Shown here in pieces: positions 1 to 15,337 of a stretch of DNA of 64,000 nt. This DNA is from Lama glama (Eukaryota). The notes below the pieces were generated by a model. It was not told the origin of the DNA, did no database searches, and was given only the letters and a program-made list of their open reading frames with translations. Where the stretch lies: the NCBI GenBank assembly GCA_028534125.1, contig CM052817.1, forward strand, positions 39,434,001 through 39,498,000, read 5' to 3'. The position numbers were made by a program, and so were the translations under genes. Position 1 is the first letter of the stretch. Every line of letters begins with the position of its first letter.

Positions 1-2759
1 CTCCAAAGGTTGTGCTAATATAATCATCCTCTGTCACTGCACAAGGGAAACTTAGGAGGGCCCTAATTACTTTGCTCTTGTTATCCTTTGTTCCCAATCC
101 AACATTACATCTAACAAATGAATGGGCAGACCATCCACTTATTATATACATAAATTCATATTAGCTAAGATGGCACACATACTTTGATCTTGCCAAGAGG
201 ATTCTGGGAATTGACAGAAGTTTTTCATCTAAGTCTCCAAAGGCCTGGCCCAGGATACAGGCCTAAGCCATTACTCTTAGAATCAGCTCTGACTATTCCA
301 GTGGGAGCAAAAGATAAGAATTTTTAAAACTATTCCCCTAACTCTTCAACCAGTGGAATGTTGACTCATCAGAGGAAGAGCTGACTGACTTGATATTGAG
401 GTGATGCTTTTTCTAGGAAGGATCCTTTAGGAATCTGCAAAGTCTGGCCTCTAGAATTTCCCAATAGGCATTTTTTTTTATAAAGTTATATCCATCATCA
501 AAAGGCCCCAAATGTTTTTGCTCATTTACATTTATAATAGTTGTCAGATTCAAATATTCTTCACTAGTCCACTTAGGAAGTATGTTATATTAACTAACAA
601 GAATAATTATGTTTCACTTTATTTTGCTTTGACAATAATGAGAGGAAAAGAAAAAGTAGTAGTCTTTCTTTAACCCTGATGGGACCAGAAGGAAGCCACG
701 GGGTCAGTGAAAGATTGGTGGATTAGAACTGGAACTCTGGTGGTTCTCATTTCAAGAAAATAGCCCACTCAGTATTTCTTTTCTAAAAAAAACCATTTTA
801 TTTATTTTATTTATTTTATTTAGATAATTAAAATGAAACAAAAATCTCCTATGACTCTAGTAAACAAAGATAACACTAGCAATGCATTAAGATATCTTTC
901 CAAATATATACAATATTATATATAATCATATTTATATAAATATATCTATTATTGACTCTTTGTAGCTGGTTTAAGGATATTAATTAATATATAGATCCTG
1001 AATACATACAAATGAATACAGAACTCAGCACCTCTCCCTTCTTTGCTGTTAACACCATATCAGGCCAGGGCAAAACATGAATATGACTTACTTTTTCCAA
1101 CACTGCTTTCCCTGCTTCAAAAGTATGAACTCTCTCTTCCAAGCTTAGAAGCTCAGTATCTTTTCTGGTAAAAATCATCACCATGAATAGTGTAAAAATA
1201 AAGAACGAGTCTAAAATGAAACAAAAAAGTAGGCATAAGCTTAGGGAATAGTTTTCTTCATCTAAACCTATCAATCAAGATGTTAAGCACTCATAACACA
1301 TTTCAATCAAACTCACGTGAAACTTGGCACTTCCGAGCCCTGCTCCTCTCACAGTCATATGGTCCTGCTCCCTGTCAAACAGCCTTCAGCTTCATGGGAG
1401 TGACATCTGTACCTCCAGATGTTCATGTTTTATCAGGCCCTTCGCAGCCATTTTGATCAGGGTACATGTACACAAATTATATCATAAATCTTCTCACACT
1501 TCATATACTATATCAAATAAGAAAAACCACCAAATTTACACAGAGCTATATTAAGCCCAGGAAATGTAACTTGAGATTTAACACACTATTTATAAGGATG
1601 TGCTATTATTCTTAATCCCTCAATTAATACCAGCTAGCACTACTGTACAGATTTATTACGGACCATATGCTCCTTAATTATCACTGCCTCCCAAAGTTAC
1701 CACTCTGCACATCTGCAGCCGATGTGGGCTGCTGTTCCTCTGTCCCTGCCTCAGCAGGATCAGAGAACCATTTTTCAGCTGGACACCTTGACGAAGAGTC
1801 AACCCCAACATCGTCTCAGAAGAGTGATTATAATGAAATAAAAGGAAAGGGAAACTGACAGTGTTTCAGGGAGAGCGCTGAGGAAGGAAGAGATCCACTG
1901 TCAATGACGTACCTCATCTTTCAGGTTCATAGTAACTGAAATGGATTTTAATTGTTGATTGTTCATGTTCAGCCTCCAAAATCTGGCTGTTGCCAATGGA
2001 ATTAAGCAGGCGTTTTCCTCTCTTGAAGCAAAGGAGAAGGCACAGAGTGTGCAAACACTAACATTGTTCTCAGATCAAGACGTGTCGTGGTGATTTAAAA
2101 TCTTTTGGACTGCACGACGGGGGGAAACATAACTCATGGGGACTTGGATTAAATTTGTAAAGATTTACACTGCGATTTTCAATGAAGTTCTAGTTAATTA
2201 AGCGTCTCTCTACGTTACAAAGGCACAGTTCTTATCAACTGTTTTCCCCTTTACTGAAGTTTAACATTCTTAAGGTCACACATTTCTTTCCTCCGGTAGA
2301 TGCGAGAGACATGTGTATTCAGACAAATGCTTCCTGAAATACTATAGGCTTGATTAGAAGATGGCAAGCTTTAGCAGAAAGATATCTGGCTTACGAATCC
2401 AGAGGCAGAGTTGGGAAAATCACCCAACATTACAGTTTTTCATTTGTGTTACAAAGGGCTTAAGCTAGCTGAACCTCAGGGTTCCTCTCACCCCTAAATT
2501 GGCAACACTAATATATTAGCATTGAATTCAAGATATTTATCATCTTTTGTGTTTTAGCCATCCAGGGAGCTTGATGAATATTTTTTAGTCCTATTCTGTA
2601 TTGACAGAAATTAAGATCTCAAGAATCCATTCATTCACCAAATACCTTACAATCAGAACCAGTCTGAGAATCAGTCTCTTGCTTTGGAAATTTTCTTATT
2701 AATTCCCCAAAATTTCTTTAAAAATCTTTCAAAATTAGAGCTTTAAATACTTATTTACA

Positions 2760-4140
2760 GAAATTAGAGCCTAGAATAGTCAAGAAAATCTAGAAGATGA
2801 AGACCAACAGAGCTGCAGGACTTGCTACCAGAGTTCAAGGCTTATTATAGAGCAAAGATAACTAAGATAGTTAGGTTTCAGCCCAAGGATAGGCAAATAA
2901 ACCAAAGAGACAGGATGGAGAACCAAGGAACAAATCCACCAAGATGCAGTCACCTGCTTTATAATACAGCTGTCACTGCAACCCAGTGGGGACAGGAGAG
3001 TCTTTTCAATAAATGGGGAGAAAAAGAAATTTGACCTCAACTTCACACTACGAACAATAATTAATTTGAGATGAATCAGAGACCCAAATGTGAAAGGTAT
3101 ACAATAAACTTTTTAGAAAAAATAGAGAAGAATGTCTTAAAGATCTTGAGATAGGCAAATAGTTCTTAAACTGGAAAAGGAACAGTTAGCCATAAGAAAA
3201 AAGATAATTTGCTGTGCATGAAATTTAAAACTTCTACTCTTTGAGAGGCACCATTTAAAAAATGAAAGAGCAAGCCACAGGCTGGAAAAAAATAATTGCG
3301 ATACATGTATCCAGGAAGTGACTCATTTAAGATATATAAACAACTACAAATCAATAATGAAAGACAGACAACCCAAATTCATTTTAAATTGGGGAAAGAC
3401 TTGATCGGGCACTTCACAAAAGTGAAGCATACAGCCAATAAACATAGAAAGAAGCTTAATATTCTTGGTCAGCTGAGACATGCAAATTAAAACCATAATG
3501 AAAAACTACCACACACCATCTAAAATGGTGGACGTAGAAGGATCTATTCCCATAATGTCAAATGTTAGTGACAATGTGGAACTCTCATATATGGCCAATG
3601 GGGGTGTAAACTGAAGTAGCCCCTTGGGGAAACTTTCAGCCCACCTACTAAATCTAAACATGGCTTTATCCTATGACCCAGCAATCACTCCCGGTGCTAT
3701 GTCCACTATAACAAACATTTACAACAATGTTCATAGCAGCATTATTTATCGTAGCTAAAAGCCAGAAACAACCCAAGTTTCCATCAACAAAAGAACGAAT
3801 AACTAAACTGTAATACAATCATACAATGAAATAACTCACATCAGTGAACAAGAACAAACTTTTGCTTCATACTATAACATGACTAAAATCTCACTGAAAT
3901 AATGTTTGGCAGAAAAGAAGCTTGACACAGAAAAGTATATATTGTGTGATTATACTTATATGAAGTCCAAAAACAGGCAAAACTAATATATGGTGGTAAA
4001 GAACAAAAGAGTGGTTACCCCCGGAATGAGGAGCGGGACTGAGGGCTGAGTAGGGCTGGACTTCTGGGTGGTGGTTACATATATATAATGATTGTCCTGT
4101 TGTGATCTGTGTGTGTCATTGTTTGTAAGCTATATCTCAA
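2760..4140 (+). mobile_element. Old LINE-1 fragment (ORF2 C-terminal part plus 3'UTR; L1M-type), degenerate
   Basis: Translation LPEFKAYYRAKITK...QWGQESLFNKW resembles L1 ORF2 LPDFKLYYKATVTK...QWGKDSLFNKW. Downstream 'ctatgacccagcaat', 'atgttcatagcagcattattt' and a 3'UTR-like tail. Confidence 0.9.
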
Positions 4141-6379
4141 TAATGTCTGTGTAAGAGTATGTGTGTGTGTATGTATCCATCTCCCAGAGAACAAAAGTGA
4201 CATTATATTCTACTGATATAATTTTTGTTCTTATATTTTAAGTAAATTTAAAACATTTTTTCTCAATGTAAATTAGAACCCCCCAATTTATGAGAAAAGT
4301 AATAAATTGAGTTTCCTCTGTAGATGGACATACTCTTCCTTAGATAGATATAACTTCTCAAATGGAGTATTAATGTAGGACTCTCTTCTTATTTAAGCTG
4401 CCAAAAAGTCACGAGGTAAAGGGAAAACTGTTTAATGTAGGAGAGTATGTAGAAATTTGTATCATTATATGTCAAGTGAGTAATGCATTTGAAGAAACGG
4501 AAACATATGACCAACAAGACCAACAGTCATTTTGAGAACATTCATTTTTCCTGTGAACTGAAATGAATATGGAGCTAAATTTTGAAGGGCTGAGGCCCTA
4601 AACACCCCTGCTGCTCCCCAAAACAGAGGTGAAATCCACCAATGACCAGTGGGCACCATTGTCCTGAAGCCTAGATTCAGAAGAAACTGACACTTACCAT
4701 TTACTATTTTTTTAAAGCAGGCCTTAAAAAAAATTCACACTTTGTTACCTTAGTTTTCTCTTCTCAATGACTTTGGTGTGCACCAAACATGGTAAGAAGA
4801 TGCCCCCCGAGCCCCAGCTTCCCTTTCCCTCGACCGAAGGGGCGAAGCTTTCAGAGCAAGTGAGAAGACACCGCCCTTCCAGTCTTCCCCTCTCTCATGA
4901 GCTCAGGGCTCATCCACAGCAGCCCCTCATACTTAGGGGGTGTGAGCAGATGTAAAACAAGTCACAACAAATGTACGTTGTAAACAAAGCACCCAAACTG
5001 CAGAGTAGATTTAAAAATTCCTTTTTCAAGCTGAAAAAATGGCAGTTGAGAGGTTAATGGCTTGCCCTAGGGGACAAAGCTAGAAAGAAGCAACCTTTTT
5101 ATCATGAACCGCCTCTTCATGAGAGTATATTGTGCAGAAAAACACACACATACTCGTACCTTGGGAACGATGGCTCATCTGTTACACACATCAGACAGAG
5201 GCTCACCAAGTTATCAAGGGCTCAAGGTCTTATTTTCAAAGAATAGGTGAATTCACCTCCATGACACTATATTCAATCAGCCATTTTTCAAATAGGAAAT
5301 TGCAATCATGTATTAAAATATGGTCACAGACCTTAGGTAAGACATTACCCATATATACTACCTTATATATTATCTCTATATATCTATATAATCTATAGAA
5401 GCAAAAATACCCACAAACCTGTAATATATAAGAATATTACATTTTTTACAGTGTTCCTCAAGAGGCAGGAAAATGAACACATAATCACTCCAGCATTGCC
5501 TGTGACACTTTTTGCGTTTTCTACGTTTAGTGTTTTCTTGTTAGAACCTAGACATCCCTTCTTAAGAAACTTACTTTGTGTCATAGCCAACAGATGGGAA
5601 ATTATAACCAAATGTTTAAATATGACAATTAACTTCCTGACTAAACAAAATAACACCTATTTCAGAATAGAAACAATTATTTTAAATCAGTAAGAAACAG
5701 CATGTAATGTATGTATTCATGCACTGTAAGGTAGCTGACTTAGCCAAAGCTATATGTCATTGAACAAAGACAACTTCTCATGTAAAGCTGTTTCTACCCA
5801 TCTGAATTCTGCTGATTTGCCTCACTGAAATCTTTTTTAAATTAATTCTAGAACTTCATGAGCCAAATTAGCTCAGAAAGATACAAACTCCCAGAGTATA
5901 GGAGACGACCTACTCCAATGCCCTCCTTTTCCTCATGGAAGACATAAGGTCCAGGAAAGTGATGTGGTCAGGTTCACAGGGCTCCCATTCCAAAAGGCAT
6001 CTATTGTGAATATAATCTAACCAATTCAGAGACCATCCTTATTTGACTTGCGACTCCCTAGACTGACACTAGTCAAACTCATAAGCCCTAGTTTTAGAAA
6101 ATAAAAGTTCTTTGTAAAGGCCAATGTTCAAGTCTAAGCAAAAGAGGGTCTTTCATACTCAGATCATTTCCTTTTTAAAACCAAGATCCTTGACTTGTTT
6201 CTAGTTATATGGAAATTGCTACTGACAACTTTGAAGAAACTGGGAAACCAAAACGAAAACGTCCTCAGGATTTTAACATCTTAGAATGCTCGCTAGATGT
6301 TGCCAGGGAATCATGCAACTCGATTCCCAGTAAGTACCTGCACCTATGGCATTTCTGATATCAAAAAGCTTGGGCTGTG

Positions 6380-6575
6380 GCTAAGACTGACCACCCTTCG
6401 TACCTGTGAGACCCTAGGCAGGTTACCTAACCTCTCTGTCCCTCAGTTTCCTCTTCTATTACATGAAGATAATAATAGCACCTGCTCCACAAGTTACTGT
6501 ATCCGGGTAGATACACGTGAAACACATAGAACAGTGCCTAGGGACATACGCTTTGACTGCTGTCATTACCATTAC
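6380..6575 (+). mobile_element. MIR SINE
   Basis: MIR core 'ggcaggttacctaacctctctgtccctcagtttcctc...gataataatagcacct'. Confidence 0.85.
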
Positions 6576-9173
6576 GTTGATGATAAGATGATGATTGTGT
6601 TGTTGCACTTGTAAAAGAGAAACAGTAAATAAGATTTATCGATCCATCCTTAGTCATTAACAAATTAATTTCATTTAAAAATTTACTTCAGAAATATTTT
6701 AAAAATTAACCTGTCTTAAGTTCACCTAGGTATGGCTTCTCCAAGCCTTAGGTCTCTTTGTGTACAAATTAGTGCCTGGCAGCTTGCCGTCTACGTATCA
6801 CCTGTTCAATAGGCATTCGTTGAATTAATGAAGGTTTAAATAAACCAAGCTCAAAGGAAAAGAGATGGCTGCCCACCCCCCCCCACACACACACATATCA
6901 ACCCTGCCCAATTTATTGGAAGGCGCCCAAATCACTGATGAAACATTTGGCTCAAGTCTTCAAAATAGTACACAAATAGATAAATGGTCTTTTTTTTTCT
7001 TATAGCTTTTAATATCCTGTTCTTTATAAATGACTTTCAGACTCATTTTATATTACGGTTATCTTCTGAAAATGTATTATATCCTAATAGCCAGGCTTCT
7101 TTCCCTACCTCCAATCCTAGCTTTTTGGTTTGGTGCTGATTTTTTTACTTTGAGACATTAATTTAAGTATTCTGCTTGTCAGTGGATGAGTGAATGAATT
7201 ATTCATTTTATTATGAAACATAAATTTTAAAGAACAGCATTATAACTTCTTTTTACATGCCAAAAATAATAGATCATCCCAGAAGCCATTATAGCACCCT
7301 TTGTCTCACAGAGGGTGCACTTTTGAAAGCTGTGCCAAACTAATGTGTTTTAGGATAACTACAGCCATGCAACCTTAAAAGAAGCCAGCTCAGTTCAGTA
7401 TCTAAATAAAAATGTAAGCTATACGTCAAGTCAGAAATTAGGCAATATTGGAATTCCTTGATTACTGTTAGCACTAACCAGAACAAATGATCAAGGCGAC
7501 ACCAATAGGGCAATCACTGCCTCCTCTCCATAATGATAACACAAACCTTCACCTCCCGTATCGAAATGTCATCTTCATGCAAATGTGATAGATGTAAAAC
7601 TAACAAACAGAACTGACATAAGTTAATCTCAACATTAGTTACCATTTACTCTAACTAAAGACCGTATCATACTCTGCATGTAAGTATAAACATGCATATA
7701 TAAACTAGACTGAATTGCACTAAGTATCTGTTAGTATAAAGCATTCCATCTAAAGTTTCTGATTTTTTTCAGATCAGTTAGACATGAATATTTTAAAGAT
7801 GTGTCTCCACAGCCAAGCATTTATAACACTTTAGAGTAACCACTGTTTTTCCCTATATGTTATAGCCTCTGCTCAACCTAATGACAAAAACCATTTTTTA
7901 ACATGTTTTTATAAATGCCTGTCTGCATCTCTCCTTTCCCAGACTTGTCTCATTAGTTGTATAGAGCAATGAGGTTTAGCTGACTGGCATCCTGTTAGAC
8001 TCAACAGATAATATGCATATTACTTTCTGGCCCACCTTTATTTTTAAAAATTAATAAAAAGGAACATGAGAGATAATCATTACAGACTAAGGAACAGCCA
8101 TTACAATGGAGGAGATAGATTTACTCAGTGACAGAGAAGTGAATGAACCTAGGCAATTAAGACTATTGAGGAACATGAAAAACCACACTGATTATTTTAA
8201 TTTCCTAAACTCTTTAGTGTCTGAAAGGCTCTTTAAAACTTCATATTCTTTCACATTTGTCTGCCACTATTATCTTGTCCAAGCTCTCCTTCATGCTACC
8301 CAGAAAGACCGTCAGCATCAAACTGGCAAGATTTAATCAGAGTTTATTGCTTCAGATAAAAACACTCCCATATTTTTTTTATCTTTTTATTAAATTTACA
8401 AACTTGGGCACCCACATTAGGGATCAAAAGGTGAATGCCTGTTTCCTCTACAGGAATGCAGTGTTCCATTTCTCATATAATAAAAAGCCCTTTCCTTTGA
8501 CTTGCTAACCAGAAACGAGGCTTTTTCTTATTGAAGTAGGGCCCAAGAACTTTCCCTGAGATTATACTCAGGGATGACAATCTCTTTAACGACAACAACC
8601 ACAAAAAGACAAATTTAAACATCTGGCCCTCGCACATGGATGTATTACAAAAGCAAAGTAAACACACGATATTTGTAGAGCACAGAAATAATACTGCTGA
8701 TTCAGAAGTCACATACTAGGAGAATTTTAGAGCTCCTATGTATACACAGACACATGATAATAAAAGTTAGAAGATTTCTTAACATATAATTTTAGCCCAA
8801 TTTTTGATCTCAAAGAAAAGTGTAACTTCTCCCAGAAAAATATTTTTTCCTTTATAGTGACTATCAACTTCCAGTTTTGAGATTAGATAACTTATATGTT
8901 CTGATTTAGAAATGGATTCCAAAACTACTAGAAGTGTCCACTAACTGTCCACCTGCACCATGGTAGACCCTGGTAAAAAGAAAGCAAGATATGAATGTCA
9001 TTAAAATTACATTTAGTAAATATTAACATTTTTTTCTTAAACATAAGAAAATTTCAAGTATGTAAAAGGTAATTGTTATTTTTCTATATCATTTCTTAAT
9101 AATAACCACCATTTGTTAAGTCCATTAGATGCTAGGACTATTACACACATTAGCCAAATAAGATGAGCATTAC

Positions 9174-9207
9174 TGTGTGTGTGTGTGTGTGTGCGCGTGT
9201 GTGTGTG
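9174..9207. repeat. (TG)n microsatellite
   Basis: Direct reading; one CG interruption. Confidence 0.95.
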
Positions 9208-10689
9208 CTCCAAGACCAATTCCATTTTGTTTTCTTATTTGTTTCTAATAAATTAAATATTGTTCAGCCTGACAAGCTATTCAAAGTTGGTTGAATAGTT
9301 CACTAATAGTTCATTAGTTGCCCTGCCTTACTTCCAAAATTTTATATAAAATCATGATATGTGTTTTTTTAAATAAAGTATTCTATATATAAAATTCAAA
9401 ATGCTAGTCATAAGTACCTCAAGAATGTATCATATTATTTTAGAACTAAATCAGAGCACATTCTTAATCTAAAAGCAACATACCTAGATAAGGTTTTTTA
9501 ACATTATAAATACAAAAATCTACAAAGAAATATAGGTCATTTATTCTACAAGCCACTGCGCATGAATAATACCACATTTTGCTATCAAATAAACTATTGA
9601 ATTATGCATACTTTTTGGAATTTTAATTATTTTTGAGCCTTATTATAATTCCCTCTGGTAAGGCAGATTTTTAGTAAATATACAAAAAAATTATATATTC
9701 AAATGATTGTTGTCCTCCAACATAATAATTTTAGAAGGACTTTCATGTATATCCTTGTGTACCAAATGATTTCTAGAGCTCCTTTTTCAGAGATGATTAC
9801 TACAGACTTGCTTTATAGTTTTAACAGCTTTGGAACAGCAACAACCTCATTCCCCTAAATATCATTACCCTGCCTTACAGAATTTTAAATATGTTTGGCT
9901 GATTTCAAGAAGAAAATCTATCCTCCATAAGTGAAAATATTCTACCACTCAGGATATTCAAGAGAAAGTGTGATAGGCTTGGAAAGGAAGTCCAAGAGTG
10001 TATTCACTGGAATAATCTCAAGGCAACTACTTCCAAAGGAACAAAAATTGGGGATATATAGCAATATTTTAAAAAAAATTTTGTATTACTTTGTCACATC
10101 TCATAATACTCTAAAAGATTTTGGTCAATGAAATTTATGCAATTCAGCACTCTTCCTAAAAAGGAATGAGGGAAAAAAATAATTCAAAGGAATTTTCAAA
10201 TTAGATATGAAATGAATTAACATTAATTTCTAGATGCTCTACCATCATAGTTATAGCTTTAAGAAAGAAAAATTAAAGGTGTATAGGCTTTGTGACCCTT
10301 GGAACTGGTTGGAGGATGGTTAATGACCATGGGAAAAGGCAACCTATGATTAGAAATTGTGGTAAACCAAAAGTTACCGGAGGTGATAACTCAACCTTAA
10401 CATCATCTAGCTTGTCCTGCTCTAATGAAGTCCACGGACCCTCAGTGTATGGTTTTGGTAACTCTAAGTACGCAGGAAGTTTAAACCCTCATGCTTGCTC
10501 ATGATTTCCCAGCCTTGGATGCTCATGATCACCCTATTCTCCTGTACACAGTTCCCAATTTGGCACACTATTTTCTAGGGTAGTAATGGTGAAACACATG
10601 TAATATGCTTCCATAGTACACTATATATTATAAAACCACACACATTTTGGGTAATTATTTAGCATCCCCAAAAGTTAAATCCATTTTGC

Positions 10690-10810
10690 ATCCATAGTGT
10701 AAAACTCAGGTCTGACTGGCTTTCCATTACTTCCCCAGTGCCTAGCAAGGTGCCTGGCATATAGTAAATGAATATTGGAAGGAATCAAGGAATGAAGGAA
10801 AGAATGGAGG
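10690..10810 (+). mobile_element. L2 LINE 3' end fragment
   Basis: 'ccccagtgcctagcaaggtgcctggcatatagta...gaaggaa' matches the L2 tail. Confidence 0.7.
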
Positions 10811-11020
10811 GAGTTAGGGATTTTTTTCTTGGTAGGGTAGACCTTGATACAGAGTGCAAGTGAATGTCTTTAAACTGGCAGTACAATTTCTTTATTGATT
10901 AAGTTTTAAGTATTGCTGATACTTTATTAAATATATATTTTATTTTTTCTTCTACTCATATCATATCTTTTTCAAATAATGGCCAAAATAGTCTCAGTCA
11001 GTCCCTTTATTGATAAGAAA

Positions 11021-11070
11021 TACACACACACACACGCGCGCACACACAACATGCACATGCACATGCACAC
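11021..11070. repeat. (CA)n/(CG)n/(CACATG)n microsatellite
   Basis: Direct reading. Confidence 0.9.
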
Positions 11071-14000
11071 TTTTAAACAAAAGACTTAAAGAAAAGTCTG
11101 TTAGAGAATCTCATAAGCTCTGGGGAGATAACACATTTCAACAAATCTTTTCACTCAATGAAGGATAATTACTTTGAAAGGGAAAGTTTGCCTTCATAAA
11201 TAGATTTTAACACTAATGAACCCACAAGAAGGACTTAGAATTGCATTGTTCTTGAAAAAGATCAAGAATATTGTCACATTGAGAAACCATACTAAGGGCT
11301 TGTTAAATGGCCTGATTTAAAATGCTATGTGAACCCAAACAAAGTATTTATAGTGTATCTTTCTGCTTCTTTACCTCTCCAGGCATTAGACAATACTATG
11401 CAGCATGGTCCTACAAAGGAACAGATAAAAGCCACATCCCCTTCATGTGAATGGGGCAGCCATTGCTCAGCTCCAGCCATGGTGGCTAGAAAACTTGCCA
11501 GAGCATCTTATTTTTTAAGAGAAGCCAGAAATAAGATTGTTACGTAAATCTCAACATTTTTAGTGTCAGTAATTAATCTAAATTTTTTGGACATTGTAGA
11601 TGACTTCTACTTCTGGTTAGGACATCAGAAATTCACAGGACACCATTGTTCCTACTCCAGTAACCAGAGCAAGATGTCTAAGCTACCTGATCATAGGTCT
11701 GTTGCTGTAGTTTTTAAACCATCGGGAGTTGAGAACACTATGAAACCTAAATAAGATGACGTGCCTTTCCTAGGACAAGAGAGAGACACAGATATTTTCA
11801 TATTTGATAAAGCAGCAGGAAAAAGAAGGATTGGCCATAGACAGCCAAAGTTGTCACGAACTTAATAACTGCATGTAGGATGGGATTGCAGGTGGTCTTC
11901 TGAGGAGCTCCAGCCATGGAACAAGTCTGCACCCGTCTCTCAGCTGTGCCTTCACCAAGTGCACGCTAGTGGTATAGTGAAGGCCGGGGGTGCACTAGGA
12001 GAAGTGAGGGAGGACCTCTGAGGCAAGCAGGGCTTTCCCTAGTGGAAGGGGGCAAACTCCTGAGACAGGGGGCAGGAGAGGATTGCTAAGAAAAGTCCCT
12101 TCACCCTTCACTGGTGCTTGGAAGCATGTCTTCAAAGGCAGGGTCAGATCAGGAGAGGTCTGAGAGACTTCTCAAAGATACAGAAGCTGGGAAGGAGTCC
12201 CGTGGGAAGTACCACATGGACCTACACACATGTGTGTGAGGAAAAGGTGAGGGCAAATAACAGTATTTCCAGACAACCAAAGAGGCAAACCAAAACCCCA
12301 CTGTAGACGCCAAATAAAATACTTACAGGCCAGTAATGACTACCAGTTTTCAGAACTTTCCTCTAAACAAAACGCAGTATTGCCTATAATTCACAAAATG
12401 GCTTATTGCCAATCCTATCACTAGTCAGCAAGTAGCCAATAAACCAAATTTTAGCTCAAATTTACTAGTTTAATTTCAAATAAGATTATCCAGAGACAAG
12501 ATACCCTTAGCATCTGGAGAGAAAAGTGGTCATAAGAGTGTGATCAGACTGAGAGGTTTTTGATGACAGGGTCCCTGTTTTTTTAATCTTTAAATCCCCA
12601 GTTCTTGGGGCACAGAAGTTTCAAATACTTACTGATCAGAAGAATATAACTTCTGATATATATAAGAAAATAGCATACTTTTATGAGCATTGTAGAGTCA
12701 ATAAATTAACAAGATACTTCTTTTATTAACTAGCTCAGTCGCTCTTACCTCATTCATAGTTTTTTTTTAATAAACTCTACCATATACAAAGAAAACCATA
12801 CACAAGGTACAATTACACTGGTTACCATGTCAATGGGACATGATATCATTTCTTATCAACTTAACATCATCATATAGGGTAGGCATGCACTGCTGATGTT
12901 TTATGGACTTAGGGAGTTAAGGCAAAACTCTCCTACATTTAGTCTGCATAAACAAGTTTACAAGGATAATGTCTATTTGCAAAATTGGAGCTGGAAGAAT
13001 TAAAAATGAGTTGCTAATATCATCCATTTTTAGCTGAAAAGGACCTAGAATATCTAACAACCAGAAAAATAAAATTCCTAAAGACAGGGCACATAGGAGA
13101 GCATACTTCATTGAAAGTCTCTTTAAAGCAGCTGCTGTCCCATGATATATTTCAAACAAGTATAGGACAGCCCAGATGCATTGTGGGATGATAAAACTTA
13201 CCTCGGAGAGGGATAATTGTTAGCTGTAAATGTGTAAGTGAGATAAAATCTCAGGGTTTCCTAACTATTAGAGCCTACATGTCAGAGTGAGTTTTAATTA
13301 ACAGAATGCTGTAAAGGTTTCTCAGAAACAACTATAAAATCTAAATAAATTGTGGTCTGTGTAAAACTTGGTGAAGATAATTTTTCTGCCAATGTGGTAG
13401 AAAATCTAGCTTGAAATTTATAGTGTTGATGGCAATTATATCTGCTCTATCAGATTTAGCAAGAAATATAATAAAAGCTCTAGGAACACTCTGTTGCAAA
13501 GATGTCAGCATTAATAAGTCAGGACTTCAACATTTTTACACTAACTTTAAAAAAAACATGGAAATTAAATGAAGCAAAAAAAAAATCAACCTATCATGTA
13601 ATTGTGAATGCAGTGTTTGTTAATCCTCCTATAAAATGAATCTTTTGTAACCCTCAGGGAATAGACTATGCTAAAACTCAGTGCCAAAACTTGTCACTAC
13701 AGAATTTCCACGATTCGAAAACTCCAAGGGAAAAAAAAAATGGTGCATACGTTTCTATTACATAGAGTGTTTAATAGAAAACAGATCAAAATAAATAAAG
13801 CTGAACACTATTGACAATGACAGAGGGAGCAGAAAGCATCACTGCAAAGTAAAAGTCAGAATTACAGAACATATCACAGAGTGACGCCTCTTGGAATGAC
13901 TGCAATCTGTAAAATGTGAGCTCTGCTGATTGCCCGAATAAAGCTGCAGAAGGAAAATGATGCCTGGCACCTACAGATGACATTGGAAAATTACTAATTA

Positions 14001-14267
14001 ACATATTTTTGTTAGAAGCCCACAGAAATGGCTTTTCTGAGAACATGTTCTCTAATACAGTCATTCTTGAGGTCTGCTCTAGAGAGGAGTCTGCTCTGAG
14101 AACAAGAAGCCCCACTCAGCCCCAAAGCTGAGTTTGTTCGGCAGCAGGACTTCCTCCAAATATGATCCTAAAGTTATCTTAAAATGTAACAATCCCAGGA
14201 CTTCTACCAAGATTTTTGCTTTCTATTCACATTTTAATCTTTTTTGTTTGTTTTTAACTGAAACTAG

Positions 14268-14415
14268 GGCCACTGCCAGCTGTGACATTTACTGTGATTT
14301 TGGACAAGTATCTTAATGTCTCTGTGCCTCAGTTTCCCCAACTATGAAGTGATTAAAACAGTACTCAGAGGTTGCTTGTGAGAATTCATAGTGTCTGGCA
14401 TGTAATACTCATAAT
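14268..14415 (+). mobile_element. MIR SINE
   Basis: 'ctgtgattttggacaagtatcttaatgtctctgtgcctcagtttcccc'. Confidence 0.8.
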
Positions 14416-15337
14416 ACAAGCATTTTCTCTTTTTTTGGAAATTTCCAAATCAAATTTCCTTATTACTTCAATCAGTTCTGAGATAGATGACTGAAAAAAG
14501 AAGGAGCCGCTAGAGATTCTTATCTAATGAAGGATATAAGAACAATCTCCAGGCAAAGATCTATTTGTAAAAAAAAATTGTGAAGCAGGCAAACAATAAT
14601 TGATAGAGAAATCCACTTGAGCAAGCTTTATAAGTTCAATAAGCATAAATGAACACCTAAATTTCTAAAGACATCAAAAAATTTTCTTCTTCCTACCTTT
14701 ACTCCCTCCCAACCTCAAAACATACCTCTTCTTTGGATTCATTTATTATTATCTTAAATGTGAATAGTTAGTGGTATAATATTTTTATGCAAAAATGCTA
14801 CCATTCCTGAAGGTGCTGGAGGGTGGGGGAGAGATGGCCACATATCAAGCATTGTTAGTACTTTACTCCTTAGAGTAAATGAGCATTGGAATTTTCTGAG
14901 AACCAGTGTTGGTAAAACAAAGCATGCAGAGAATAGTTCTGAGAAAGATAAAGCACAGAAAGAGTAGATTACAACCTCCAAAGGCAAGCTTCATCTTCTT
15001 CACACTCTTGCCCGGGGCTAGCAAACGTATCTCATAAATTCTGATGAATTACAGAACGACGTTCCGTAGAAGACGTCTTACCCGACCTCCACATAACGAA
15101 ATCATCAGATTAGCCGATACCCTCTCCTCCCGCGGTAAAGCAGACTTCGCACGTAAAGCAGGGCGTGCTGACGGCCGGAGGCTGGCACACTCCAGTTCCC
15201 AATAATTGCAGCGGATGTTAACAAGGGCAGTTAGTTAGGTCTGTTCCCAAACCTGTTTATACCAGTTGCACTTGTTATAAAGATGTAATACAATTAAACG
15301 TTTGGTAAGATAATGTGAGTCTGAGGTGTGGCTTCTA

